DNA of 64,000 bases from NCBI GenBank assembly GCA_035686365.1, contig DASRZM010000119.1:4211-68210 (forward strand), in the 5' to 3' direction. A model generated the notes under the pieces. That model searched no databases, was not told the DNA's origin, and worked only from the letters and a program-made list of their open reading frames with translations. This DNA is from Lysobacteraceae bacterium (GTDB lineage Bacteria; Pseudomonadota; Gammaproteobacteria; Xanthomonadales; Xanthomonadaceae). Within the stretch, counting starts at the first letter, position 1. The number at the start of each line of letters is the position of its first letter. This document shows, one piece after another, positions 42,769 through 51,740 of the stretch. Position numbers and translations under genes: made by a program.

Positions 42769-43203
42769 ATGGCGACGATCGAGCGCAAGGCCACTGCCCG
42801 CTGGCAGGGCGACCTGAAGAGCGGCAAGGGCAGCCTGACCCTGCCAAGCGGCGTGTTCGAAGACCAGCGCTACTCGTTCCACACGCGATTCGGTGACGAG
42901 AAGGGCACCAACCCCGAGGAACTGCTGGGCGCCGCCCATGCCGGCTGTTTCACGATGGCGCTGGCCAAGCTGCTGGGCGAGGCCGGCCACACGGCCGAAC
43001 GCCTGGAGACGGTGGCGGTGGTCAGCATGAGCATGGGCGATGGGCCGCCGACCATCTCGGGCATCGAACTGCAGCTCAGGGCCACCGTTCCGGGGATCAC
43101 GCGCGAGGCCTTCGAGAAGCTGGCGCAGGTGGCCAAGGCCGGTTGCGTGATCTCGCGCGCGCTGTCGGTGCCGGTGTCCCTGGATGCCCGCCTGGAGGAT
43201 TGA
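42769..43203 (+). CDS. osmC: OsmC family peroxiredoxin
   Basis: 144 aa with the two conserved Cys contexts AAHAGCF and KAGCVIS. Confidence 0.85.
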   Translation: MATIERKATARWQGDLKSGKGSLTLPSGVFEDQRYSFHTRFGDEKGTNPEELLGAAHAGCFTMALAKLLGEAGHTAERLETVAVVSMSMGDGPPTISGIELQLRATVPGITREAFEKLAQVAKAGCVISRALSVPVSLDARLED

Positions 43204-43262
43204 AGCCGCTGGCGGCCGGCCGGGGCTGCGTCGGCCTGCACCGCGGCCTTGCCGCACCCCCG

Positions 43263-43298
43263 GCGCGAACCACTGACCTGGTTCAGAGGTTCCTGAAC
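43263..43298 (-). repeat. Family-2 repeat, partial inverted copy (F3)
   Basis: gcgcgaaccactgacctggttcagaggttcc matches the reverse complement of the first hairpin of F2, and matches 47651-47680 at 26 of 30 positions. Confidence 0.6.
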
Positions 43299-43396
43299 GG
43301 ATCCTGGCACCGTCGGCGGCGTTAACTGGCGATTCAAGGGCGAGCGCCTAGTTTCGTGACCGAGCGATGCGGTGGCGCATCGCACGGAGAAGCGAC

Positions 43397-43966
43397 ATGA
43401 AACGAGCCCTCGCAGCGACCCTGGCCATCGCCGGCCTGTCGGTGGGTGGATCGGCCATTGCGGAGCACGAGTACGACGGCCGTGGCGGTTTCCGCGACGC
43501 CGGCGCCTACTACGACTACGCCGAGGTCCTGAGCGTGGATCCCGTGATCGACTACATCCGCGAGCCGGCGACCCGGCGCGAATGCTGGGAGGAGCCGGTC
43601 TACTACCGCAGGGGCGGCTACTACCGCGACCGCGACCGTACGCCGGGGCTCGTCGGCGCGATCGTCGGCGGCGTGATCGGCAACCAGTTCGGCAGCGGCC
43701 GGGGCCGCGACGCGGCCACCGTGTACGGTGCGGCGCTGGGGTATTCGGCCGCGCGCGACGCACAGCGTGACCGTTACTACTACGGCGGCCGTCCCTACCG
43801 TACCTACGAGACGCGCTGCGACGTCCGCCGCGACTATCGTCCGGACGAGCGCGTGGTCGGGTACGAGGTGACCTACGACTACAACGGCCAGATCGGACGC
43901 GTGCGGACCTCGCACCACCCGGGCGACACCATCCGGGTGCGCGTGAACGTCGACCCGATTCCGTAA
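43397..43966 (+). CDS. Glycine-zipper 2TM domain protein (secreted, 17-kDa-antigen-like)
   Basis: MKRALAATLAIAGLSVGGSAIA signal peptide. GLVGAIVGGVIGNQFGSGRG glycine zipper. Confidence 0.7.
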   Translation: MKRALAATLAIAGLSVGGSAIAEHEYDGRGGFRDAGAYYDYAEVLSVDPVIDYIREPATRRECWEEPVYYRRGGYYRDRDRTPGLVGAIVGGVIGNQFGSGRGRDAATVYGAALGYSAARDAQRDRYYYGGRPYRTYETRCDVRRDYRPDERVVGYEVTYDYNGQIGRVRTSHHPGDTIRVRVNVDPIP

Positions 43967-44043
43967 GGGAACCTCTGGACAAATTCAGAGGTTCGCGCGC
44001 CATCGATGGCGCGCGCGCGGATCAGGCACACAAGCGCTTGATC
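43967..44043 (+). repeat. Three-hairpin repeat, family 2, copy F2
   Basis: gaacctctggacaaattcagaggttc + gcgcgccatcgatggcgcgc + ggatcaggcacacaagcgcttgatcc. It starts directly after the TAA stop. Confidence 0.8.
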
Positions 44044-44216
44044 CGGCGAGCCTGATCCAGCCTGTCCCGAGCCTGTCGAAGGGTCCGGTCTCGCCCGGTC
44101 CGGCGCCAGTCCGGACCCGGACCCGCACGCCGCTGCGCCGTGGATGGATCCGGTGGGGCTTGCCCTGCGACCTGCGCATCGCGATCCTGTTGGCCCAGTC
44201 GCCGCCGGGCCATGCA

Positions 44217-45866
44217 ATGATCCGTTCATTCCTTCTGGCGCTCACGCTGTCCCCTTTCAGCGTCGTCGCCCAGACCACGATGCTGGTCAATGCGCGGATC
44301 CACACGGTGGACGCGGGTGCACCGCGCGCGCGGGCGCTGGCCTGGGAGGCGGACGGGCGCCTGGTGTTCGTGGGTGGCGCCGCTGCGGCGCGCGAGCGGT
44401 TTCCCGACGCGACGGTGATCGACGCCGGCGGCCGCACCGTGGTGCCGGGACTGATCGATGCGCACGCGCACCTGATGGGCCTGGGGCTGGCGCTGATGCG
44501 GGCCGACCTGACCGGCACCACCGACAAGGCCGACGTCATCGCACGGCTGCAGGCCTTCGCGGCCGACCTTCCGGCCGACGGCTGGCTGCTCGGACGTGGC
44601 TGGGACCAGAACGACTGGCCGGAGCAGCGCTACCCGACCGCGGCCGACCTGGATGCGGCGTTTCCGGGCCGCCCGGTCTGGCTCGGGCGCATCGACGGCC
44701 ACGCCGGCTGGGCCAACACGGCGGCAATGCGGGCGGCCGGCGTGGACCTGTCCGGCGACTGGCAGCCGGATGGGGGCCGCATCCTGCGGCAGGACGGCGA
44801 GCCCACGGGCATCTTCGTGGATACGGCGGCGCAGCTGGTCGAGAAGGTCGCGCCGCCGCCCTCGGAGGAGGCGCTCGAGCAGGCGCTGGAGCGCGCGCTG
44901 GCCGCGGCCGCCCGCCATGGGCTGACCGGGGTGCACGACGCCGGCACCTCGCTGCAGGACCTGGCGCGCTACCGGCGCTTCGCTGATGCCGGGCGGCTGA
45001 CGCTGCGGGTGTACGCGATGGCCGACGGCGACGCCGCAGCGCTGCAGGCGCTGTGTGCCATGGGCCGCTACGAGCATGCCGGCGGGCGGCTGGCGATGCG
45101 TGCACTCAAGCTCTATGCCGACGGGGCGCTGGGCAGCCGCGGGGCGGCGTTGCTGGCCGACTACAGCGACGAGCCGGGCCATCGCGGCCTCCTGGTCACG
45201 GCGCCCGACGCCCTTCGGAAGGCGATCGACAAGGCGGTCCGCTGCGGGGTCCAGGTTGCCACCCACGCAATCGGCGACCGCGGCAACCGAGGTGTGCTCG
45301 ATGCCTATGCGCGCTGGTTGCCCGGCAAGGACCTGCGCTGGCGCATCGAGCACGCGCAACTCGTCGCGCTCCAGGACATTGCGCGCTTCGCGACGCTGGA
45401 GGTGATCGCCTCGGTGCAGCCCACCCATGCGACCTCGGACATGCCCTGGGCCGGGGACCGCGTCGGCGAGTCGCGGCTGGCCGGCGCCTATGCCTGGCAG
45501 CGTTTCCGCGACGCCGGTGCAAGGCTGGCATTGGGTTCGGATTTTCCGGTCGAGTCGGTGGATCCGATGCTGGGGCTGTACGCGGCGGTGACACGCCAGG
45601 ACCGCTCGGGCCATCCTCCCGGCGGCTGGTTGCCCTCGCAACGGCTGACGCCGGAGCAGGCGCTGCGCGGCTTCACGATCGACGCCGCCTACGCGGGTTT
45701 TGCCGAAGACCGGGTCGGGTCGCTGGCAGTGGGCAAGCGCGCCGATTTCGTGGTCCTGTCCGAGGATCCGCTGGCGGTGGCACCGGCTGCCGTCGACGAC
45801 ATCCGTGTCCTGGCGACCTACGTGGATGGCCGGGCGGTCTACCGCGCCGGCAACGGCGGCAGATGA
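44217..45866 (+). CDS. Amidohydrolase family protein (Amidohydro_3 / YtcJ-like), secreted
   Basis: MIRSFLLALTLSPFSVVAQ signal peptide, PGLIDAHAHL metal motif, about 549 aa. Confidence 0.85.
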   Translation: MIRSFLLALTLSPFSVVAQTTMLVNARIHTVDAGAPRARALAWEADGRLVFVGGAAAARERFPDATVIDAGGRTVVPGLIDAHAHLMGLGLALMRADLTGTTDKADVIARLQAFAADLPADGWLLGRGWDQNDWPEQRYPTAADLDAAFPGRPVWLGRIDGHAGWANTAAMRAAGVDLSGDWQPDGGRILRQDGEPTGIFVDTAAQLVEKVAPPPSEEALEQALERALAAAARHGLTGVHDAGTSLQDLARYRRFADAGRLTLRVYAMADGDAAALQALCAMGRYEHAGGRLAMRALKLYADGALGSRGAALLADYSDEPGHRGLLVTAPDALRKAIDKAVRCGVQVATHAIGDRGNRGVLDAYARWLPGKDLRWRIEHAQLVALQDIARFATLEVIASVQPTHATSDMPWAGDRVGESRLAGAYAWQRFRDAGARLALGSDFPVESVDPMLGLYAAVTRQDRSGHPPGGWLPSQRLTPEQALRGFTIDAAYAGFAEDRVGSLAVGKRADFVVLSEDPLAVAPAAVDDIRVLATYVDGRAVYRAGNGGR

Positions 45867-45894
45867 CCCGGCGCTTCTCGTGCGGCCGCTGCAG

Positions 45895-46238
45895 GCGCGG
45901 CCCATGGCCGCAATCGGCCCGCGGAGTCCCACCGACCAGGCGCTGTGGGAGCGGCCGATGGGCCGCGATCGGCGCTCCGCACCCTCGCATAAATGCCACA
46001 TTCGCTCCGTAGGCCGGCCCGCGGGCCGGTGACGGTTTCCGGGGCCGCCGCGAGTACCTCCCTGTAGGCTGCGGACGCGCCATCCATGGCGCGTCCGCCC
46101 CCGGAAACCGTCACCGCCCCGCGGTCCTCACGCGTCCGTTCCGTGTCGCCGTCGCCCTGTAGGAGCCGGCGTCGCCGGCGAACCACCCCCGCCATGACGC
46201 CCGGCAATGCGGCGTGGGAGCGGCCCATGGCCGCGATC
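45895..46238 (+). repeat. REP mosaic copy D, preceded by two extra GTGGG-type palindromes
   Basis: Extra units lie at about 45895-45916 and 45944-45972. The full four-module mosaic spans 45993-46238. Confidence 0.9.
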
Positions 46239-46299
46239 GGGGATGCGAAGCCGCCACCGGCGAGCCGTCGTCGCAGCGACCCATGGCCCGGGCGCGGGT

Positions 46300-47169
46300 T
46301 CAGTCCAGCCGGATCACCCCGTCGATGCGCGTGACCGTGCGTCCGCCGATCTCGATGGAGGCATCGTCCGCGCAGACCCACACGCGGCCTTCGCGGTCGA
46401 CCTCGCGGCCCTGGCTGACGACCCAGCGCGGCGCGGGCAGGGCCCCGGCCTGGCGCAGGAATGCCGCCACCGCCGCGTTGCCGCTGCCGCACACCGGATC
46501 CTCCGGGATCGCCTCGCCGGGCGCGAACGAGCGCACCACGAAGCGGACATCGCCCGCCTCCTCCGGCCCGTAGACGGTCACGCCGACCGCCGTGGCGCGC
46601 ACACACAGCGCAGCCACGGCGGCGAAATCCGGCGCCAGCGCGCGCACCGCGGGCCCGCTCTCCAGGCGCGCGACGATCCAGACCGGGCCGACATCGATGG
46701 CGCGTGGCGCGGGCGTGTCCGCGACGACCGCGCCCAGTGCGGCCGACAGCGCCCCGGCCATGGCCGCATCCGGCGCGTGCAGCTTCGGCTCGGGCGCCTG
46801 CACGAACAGACGGCGGAAGCCATCGCCGGACTCCACCCGCAGCGGCAACAGGCCGGCGCCGCACTCCTGCACCAGACGGCCCTCGCGCGCGCTGGCCACG
46901 CCGGCCTCCATGGCCGCATGCGCCGTGCCCAGGCTCGGGTGCCCGGCGAAGGGCAGTTCGCGGCGCGGTGTGAAGATGCGCACGCGGTAGCTGGCCTCGG
47001 CCGTGGTCGGCGGCAGCACGAAAGTGGTTTCCGACAGGTTGGTCCAGCGGGCGATCGTCTGCATGTCCCGGGCTTCGAGCGCCTCGCCATCCAGGATCAC
47101 GGCCACCGGGTTGCCGCCGAAGTTCGCCGGCGAGAACACATCGACCTGTTTGAAGGCGACGCAGCGCAT
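46300..47169 (-). CDS. PhzF family isomerase
   Basis: Internal start MRCVAFKQVDVFSPANFGGNPVAVIL...LSETTFV...EDPVCGSGNAAV. Confidence 0.85.
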   Translation of the reverse strand: MRCVAFKQVDVFSPANFGGNPVAVILDGEALEARDMQTIARWTNLSETTFVLPPTTAEASYRVRIFTPRRELPFAGHPSLGTAHAAMEAGVASAREGRLVQECGAGLLPLRVESGDGFRRLFVQAPEPKLHAPDAAMAGALSAALGAVVADTPAPRAIDVGPVWIVARLESGPAVRALAPDFAAVAALCVRATAVGVTVYGPEEAGDVRFVVRSFAPGEAIPEDPVCGSGNAAVAAFLRQAGALPAPRWVVSQGREVDREGRVWVCADDASIEIGGRTVTRIDGVIRLD

Positions 47170-47244
47170 GGGCCGATCCGTATCGTGAACCGCCGAAAGG
47201 GTAGCATCGGTGCCGCGCCGCCCGGGGCGCCGCACCCGCGGGCC

Positions 47245-47580
47245 TCAGGCGGGATCCGACCGCCGGCGCGGCTGGTCGCGACGGCGCCGGACGAAGTCGC
47301 GCAGGCGCCGCTCCATCGTCTCCAGCGCGGCATTGGCGGTGGCGTAGGGCTCCGCACCGGTGCCTTCGGTATCCAGGGCGCCGCCGGCCAGGTGCACGCG
47401 TACGTGCACCCGGTACGGATTGCCGTGGGTCTGGCGGCGACCCTGCGCCTCGATCACGCAGTGACAGCTGACGATGTCCTCGGCCAGACGCGGAAGCCGT
47501 CCCGCGCGCTCTTCGACGGCCGCGCGCAGGGCTGGCGAGACATCCACGCCATGGAAGGTCACTTCGATGCGGGCGGTCAT
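47245..47580 (-). CDS. HPF/RaiA (ribosomal S30AE) family protein, second copy, Arg-rich tail
   Basis: MTARIEVTFHGVDVSPALRAAVEERAGRL...YRVHVRVHLAGG...ANAALETMERRLRDFVRRRR follows the HPF fold pattern. Confidence 0.65.
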   Translation of the reverse strand: MTARIEVTFHGVDVSPALRAAVEERAGRLPRLAEDIVSCHCVIEAQGRRQTHGNPYRVHVRVHLAGGALDTEGTGAEPYATANAALETMERRLRDFVRRRRDQPRRRSDPA

Positions 47581-47650
47581 GTAGCGGGTTCCTGGTCGAC
47601 CTGCAGGCAGTATCCGCCGAATCCGGCGCTCAGGTCCGGCGGTCCATGAC

Positions 47651-47680
47651 GCGCGAACCGCTGAACTGGTTCCAAGGTTC
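47651..47680 (-). repeat. Family-2 repeat, partial inverted copy (F4)
   Basis: gcgcgaaccgctgaactggttccaaggttc, compare 43263-43292. Confidence 0.55.
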
Positions 47681-47779
47681 TTAAGTGCTCCCTAGGCCCC
47701 CATCGCGATTTCTGGCATCCTGCGGGCCGTCGGGCGCACACCGTGCCGGTGGCGTCGGAACTGCCGACCCCTATCCGCG

Positions 47780-50383
47780 ATGACTCCAGGTTCGTCCGCT
47801 CCCGCCGCCGCCAGCGGCCGCTGGATCGTGCTCAAGTTCGGCGGTACCAGCGTGTCGCAACGTGCCCGCTGGGACGGCATCCGTGCCATCGCGGCTGCGC
47901 GCCGCGACGACGGACTGCGTGTGCTCATCGTGGTCTCGGCGCTGACCGGCGTGACCAACGCCCTGCAGGCGCTTGCCGAAGGCGACGGTGCCGCCGGCCC
48001 GGTGCTGGCGGAACTGGCGCAGCGCCACCGGGCATTCGCCGCCGAGCTCGGCCTGGACGCCGACGCGGTGATCGGCGGCCGGCTGGCCGCGTTGGAGGCC
48101 CTGGCAGTGGATCCGCGGGCGCGCGCGCGTACGCTGCCATGGCAGGCCGAGCTGCTCGCGCAGGGTGAGCTGCTTTCCAGCGCGCTGGGCGCGGCCTGGC
48201 TGAGCGTCGGCGGCATCGCCACCACCTGGTGCGACGCCCGCGGGTTCCTGTCGGCACGGCGCCTTCCGCACCACAGCGAATGGGCCACCCGGCTCTCGGC
48301 CGTGTGCGAGACGCCGGCCGATCCGGCCTGGCAGGCGCGATTCGCGGAGCAGGGGCAGGTGGTGATCACCCAGGGCTTCGTCGCCCGCAGCGAAGACGGC
48401 AGTACCGTGGTGCTGGGCCGCGGCGGCTCGGACACGTCGGCGGCCTATTTCGGCGCTTTGCTCGATGCCGTACGCGTGGAAATCTGGACCGACGTCCCGG
48501 GCATGTTCAGCGCCAACCCGCGGCAGGTGCCCGATGCCCGGCTGCTGACAGGGCTGGACTACGACGAGGCGCAGGAGATCGCGACCACCGGGGCGCGGGT
48601 GCTGCATCCGCGCAGCATCGCGCCGTGCCGCGAGGCGCGCGTGCCGATCCAGATCCGCGACAGCGCGCATCCGCAGCTGCCCGGTACCACCATCGGTGCG
48701 CTGGCGCGCACCGTTCCCGGGGTCAAGGCGATCAGTACCCGCCGCGGCATCGTGCTGGTGTCGATGGAGACCGTGGGCATGTGGCAGCAGGTCGGGTTCC
48801 TGGCCGACGTGTTCGAGCAGTTCAAGCGCCATGGCCTGTCGGTGGACCTGATCGGATCGAGCGAGACCAACGTGACCGTCTCGCTGGATCCGAGCGACAA
48901 CCTGGTCAGCTCCAACGTGCTCGAGGCACTGTGCACGGACCTTGCGCGCGTGTGCCGGGTCAAGGTGATCGCCCCGTGCAGTGCGGTGACGCTGGTGGGT
49001 CGCGGGATGCGCTCGCTGCTGCACCGGCTCACCGACGTGATGGCCGAGTTCGGCCGCGAGCGCGTGCACCTGATCTCGCAGTCGTCCAACGACCTGAACC
49101 TGACCTTCGTGGTCGACCAGGACCTGGGCGAGGGCATGCTGCCGCGCCTGCACGAGCTGCTGATCCACGCCGGCGCGATGCCCGTGCAGGACAAGGACGT
49201 GTTCGGGCCGAGCTGGCGGCGACTGGCGGACGCCGCGGCAGCCGCGCCTCCGGCCTGGTGGCGCGCGCGGCGGGAGCGGCTGCTGGAACTGGCGGCACGC
49301 GGCACCCCGCGCTACGTCTACGACCTCGACACCGTGCGTGCGCGGGCGCGCGCACTCAAGGCCGTGGCAGCGCTCGACGCCCGCCTGTATGCACTCAAGG
49401 CCAATGCGCACCCGGCGATCCTGCGGGTACTCGAGGCCGAGGGATTCGGGTTCGAATGCGTTTCCCGGGGCGAGCTCGAACACGTGTTCGCCACGCTGCC
49501 CGGGCTCGATCCGGCAAGGGTGCTGTTCACGCCGAGCTTTGCACCGCGCAGCGAATACGAACGCGCCTTCGCGCTGGGCGTGCACGTCACGCTGGACAGC
49601 ATCTGGCCGCTGCAGCAGTGGCCGGAACTGCTGCGCGGGCGCAGCGTGTTCCTGCGACTGGACCCGGGCTTCGGTCGTGGCCACCACGAAAAGGTGCGCA
49701 CCGGCGGGCAGGGCGCGAAGTTCGGGCTGCAGGCTGCCGACCTTCCGGGCTTCCTGTCGCTGGCCCGCGCCAACGATGTGCTGGTGCATGGACTGCACGC
49801 CCACCTGGGCAGCGGCATCCTGGATCCGGCCCACTGGCGCGAGGTGCTGCTGCAGCTGGCCAGCATCGCCGAGCAGGTGGGCACGGTCTCGGTGCTGGAC
49901 CTGGGCGGTGGTATCGGCGTCCCCGGCGACCCCGAACAACCGCCGTTCGACGTCGCGGGGCTGGGCCGTCACCTGGACGAACTCAGGCAGGCGTACCCCG
50001 GCTACGCGCTGTGGCTTGAGCCTGGCCGCTTCCTGGTCGCCGAGGCCGGCGTGCTGCTGGCCCGCGTGACGCAGGTCGCGCGCAAGGGAGAGACCGTGCG
50101 TGTAGGCATCGATGCGGGCATGCATACGCTGCTGCGGCCGGCGCTGTACAACGCCTGGCACGAGATCGTGGACCTGGACCGGCTCGATGCGCCACAGGCG
50201 GGCGTGTACGACATCGTAGGGCCGATCTGCGAGAGTGGAGACGTTCTGGGGTTTCGCCGCGGCCTGCCCGAGCCGGGGGAGGGCGATGTCATCCTGGTGG
50301 CCAACGTCGGCGCCTATGGCGCGGTGATGGCATCGGGCTACAACCGCCGGGCGCTGCCCGAGGAGGACGTCATCGATGGCTGA
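47780..50383 (+). CDS. Bifunctional aspartate kinase / diaminopimelate decarboxylase
   Basis: N-terminal half WIVLKFGGTSV...VVSALTGVTN (aspartokinase plus ACT). C-terminal half ..YALKANAHPAIL.., ..GGGIGV.., ..GPICESGDVL.. (LysA-type PLP decarboxylase). A single 867-aa ORF. Confidence 0.9.
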   Translation: MTPGSSAPAAASGRWIVLKFGGTSVSQRARWDGIRAIAAARRDDGLRVLIVVSALTGVTNALQALAEGDGAAGPVLAELAQRHRAFAAELGLDADAVIGGRLAALEALAVDPRARARTLPWQAELLAQGELLSSALGAAWLSVGGIATTWCDARGFLSARRLPHHSEWATRLSAVCETPADPAWQARFAEQGQVVITQGFVARSEDGSTVVLGRGGSDTSAAYFGALLDAVRVEIWTDVPGMFSANPRQVPDARLLTGLDYDEAQEIATTGARVLHPRSIAPCREARVPIQIRDSAHPQLPGTTIGALARTVPGVKAISTRRGIVLVSMETVGMWQQVGFLADVFEQFKRHGLSVDLIGSSETNVTVSLDPSDNLVSSNVLEALCTDLARVCRVKVIAPCSAVTLVGRGMRSLLHRLTDVMAEFGRERVHLISQSSNDLNLTFVVDQDLGEGMLPRLHELLIHAGAMPVQDKDVFGPSWRRLADAAAAAPPAWWRARRERLLELAARGTPRYVYDLDTVRARARALKAVAALDARLYALKANAHPAILRVLEAEGFGFECVSRGELEHVFATLPGLDPARVLFTPSFAPRSEYERAFALGVHVTLDSIWPLQQWPELLRGRSVFLRLDPGFGRGHHEKVRTGGQGAKFGLQAADLPGFLSLARANDVLVHGLHAHLGSGILDPAHWREVLLQLASIAEQVGTVSVLDLGGGIGVPGDPEQPPFDVAGLGRHLDELRQAYPGYALWLEPGRFLVAEAGVLLARVTQVARKGETVRVGIDAGMHTLLRPALYNAWHEIVDLDRLDAPQAGVYDIVGPICESGDVLGFRRGLPEPGEGDVILVANVGAYGAVMASGYNRRALPEEDVIDG

Positions 50384-51740
50384 GGGCAGCTTCCGCCGCG
50401 ATGCCGTCCAGGCTTTCCGCTTCGTGCGCTACGGGCTGGAACCGGCCACCGGTGAAATCGGGCTGGTGTATGCCTTCGACGACGGGCCCGAGCTGGTCGA
50501 GCGGCTGGTCGTGCCCGGTGCACCGTTCGCGGCCGAGGCTGCCGGTGGCGTTGCCGTGGATCGGGCGCTGCGACTGCTGCACCTGATCGCAGGAGTGAGC
50601 TACTACAAGGCCGCGGTGCCACCGCGCATCGAAGTCGCCGACGGTCCGCTCGATGCGCCGACCGCCGCGCTGCTGACGATGATCTACGAGAACGGCCTGG
50701 CCGAGTTCGCCTACCGCAACGGCCTGGACCTGCATGGCCGCATCCGTTTCCCCCACGATGCGCGTGCGCCGGCCCCGGTCACCGTGCCGGGGACGGGCGA
50801 TCGCGCCCTGGTCGCCATCGGCGGCGGCAAGGATTCGCTGGTCAGCATCGAGGCGCTGCGTGCGGCCGGGGTCGGGCAGACCGTGGCCTGGATCGGCGGC
50901 TCGCAGCTGATCGCCGCGTGCGCCGCCCGCACCGGCCTGCCGTCGCTGAATGTCTCCCGCGCACTGGCGCCGGAGCTGTTCGAATACAACCGCCAGGGCG
51001 CCTGGAACGGCCACATTCCGGTCACGGCGATCAATTCCGCCGTGCTGGTGGTCACCGCGCTGCTGACCGGGCACGGCCAGGTGGTGTTCTCCAACGAGCG
51101 CTCGGCCAGCTACGGCAGCACGATCGCCGGAACCGGCGAGGTCAACCACCAGTGGAGCAAGGGCTGGGAGTTCGAACACGCCTTCGGTGGGTACCTGCAC
51201 GAGCACGTGACCGGCGACCTGGCCTACTACTCGCTGCTGCGGCCGCTCTCGGAGCTGGGCGTGGCCCGGCGCTTTGCCGCCATCGACGGGTACGACGCCC
51301 ATTTCTCCAGTTGCAACCGCAACTTCCACATCCTGGGCGAACGTCCCGCCAGCCGCTGGTGCGGGCAGTGCCCCAAGTGCCGCTTCGTATTCCTGGCCCT
51401 GGCGCCGTTCATGCCCAAGCCGCGGCTGCTGGCGATCTTCGGGCGCAACCTGCTGGACGATCCGGCCCAGGCTCCGGGTTACGATGCGCTGATGGAGTTC
51501 CGCGACCACAAGCCGTTCGAATGCGTCGGCGAGGCCCGCGAGTCGCGTGCCGCCTTCGCCACGCTCGCCGCGCGGCCGGAATGGCGCGAGGATGCACTGG
51601 TGCAGCGCTTCGCGCGCGAAATCGCGCCGCAGGTCGACGCCGGCGACCTGGCCCTGCAGCCGCTGCTGGAGCCGGACCGGATACACCGTATCCCGGGAAC
51701 CGTGCTGGAGCGACTGGGTGAAGATTTCCGAGCTCGCTGA
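50376..51740 (+). CDS. murL: Candidate UDP-MurNAc-L-Ala-L-Glu epimerase (MurL-like), PP-loop-type ATP-binding motif
   Basis: 454 aa. ALVAIGGGKDSLVS resembles an SGGxDS PP-loop. CGQCPKCRF Cys motif. The gene overlaps both the upstream fusion gene (8 nt) and the downstream MurD-like gene (23 nt). The call rests on this context and my recollection of the Xanthomonas MurD2/MurL pair. Confidence 0.55.
   Translation: MAEGSFRRDAVQAFRFVRYGLEPATGEIGLVYAFDDGPELVERLVVPGAPFAAEAAGGVAVDRALRLLHLIAGVSYYKAAVPPRIEVADGPLDAPTAALLTMIYENGLAEFAYRNGLDLHGRIRFPHDARAPAPVTVPGTGDRALVAIGGGKDSLVSIEALRAAGVGQTVAWIGGSQLIAACAARTGLPSLNVSRALAPELFEYNRQGAWNGHIPVTAINSAVLVVTALLTGHGQVVFSNERSASYGSTIAGTGEVNHQWSKGWEFEHAFGGYLHEHVTGDLAYYSLLRPLSELGVARRFAAIDGYDAHFSSCNRNFHILGERPASRWCGQCPKCRFVFLALAPFMPKPRLLAIFGRNLLDDPAQAPGYDALMEFRDHKPFECVGEARESRAAFATLAARPEWREDALVQRFAREIAPQVDAGDLALQPLLEPDRIHRIPGTVLERLGEDFRAR

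Noticed and set aside
47581-47779. A possible lysine riboswitch or leader upstream of the aspartokinase/DAP-decarboxylase fusion.
   Set aside because: I could not recognise the conserved L-box helices or core motifs by eye. The spacer mostly contains a partial family-2 repeat. A covariance-model search (Rfam lysine model) would be decisive, and I cannot run it.
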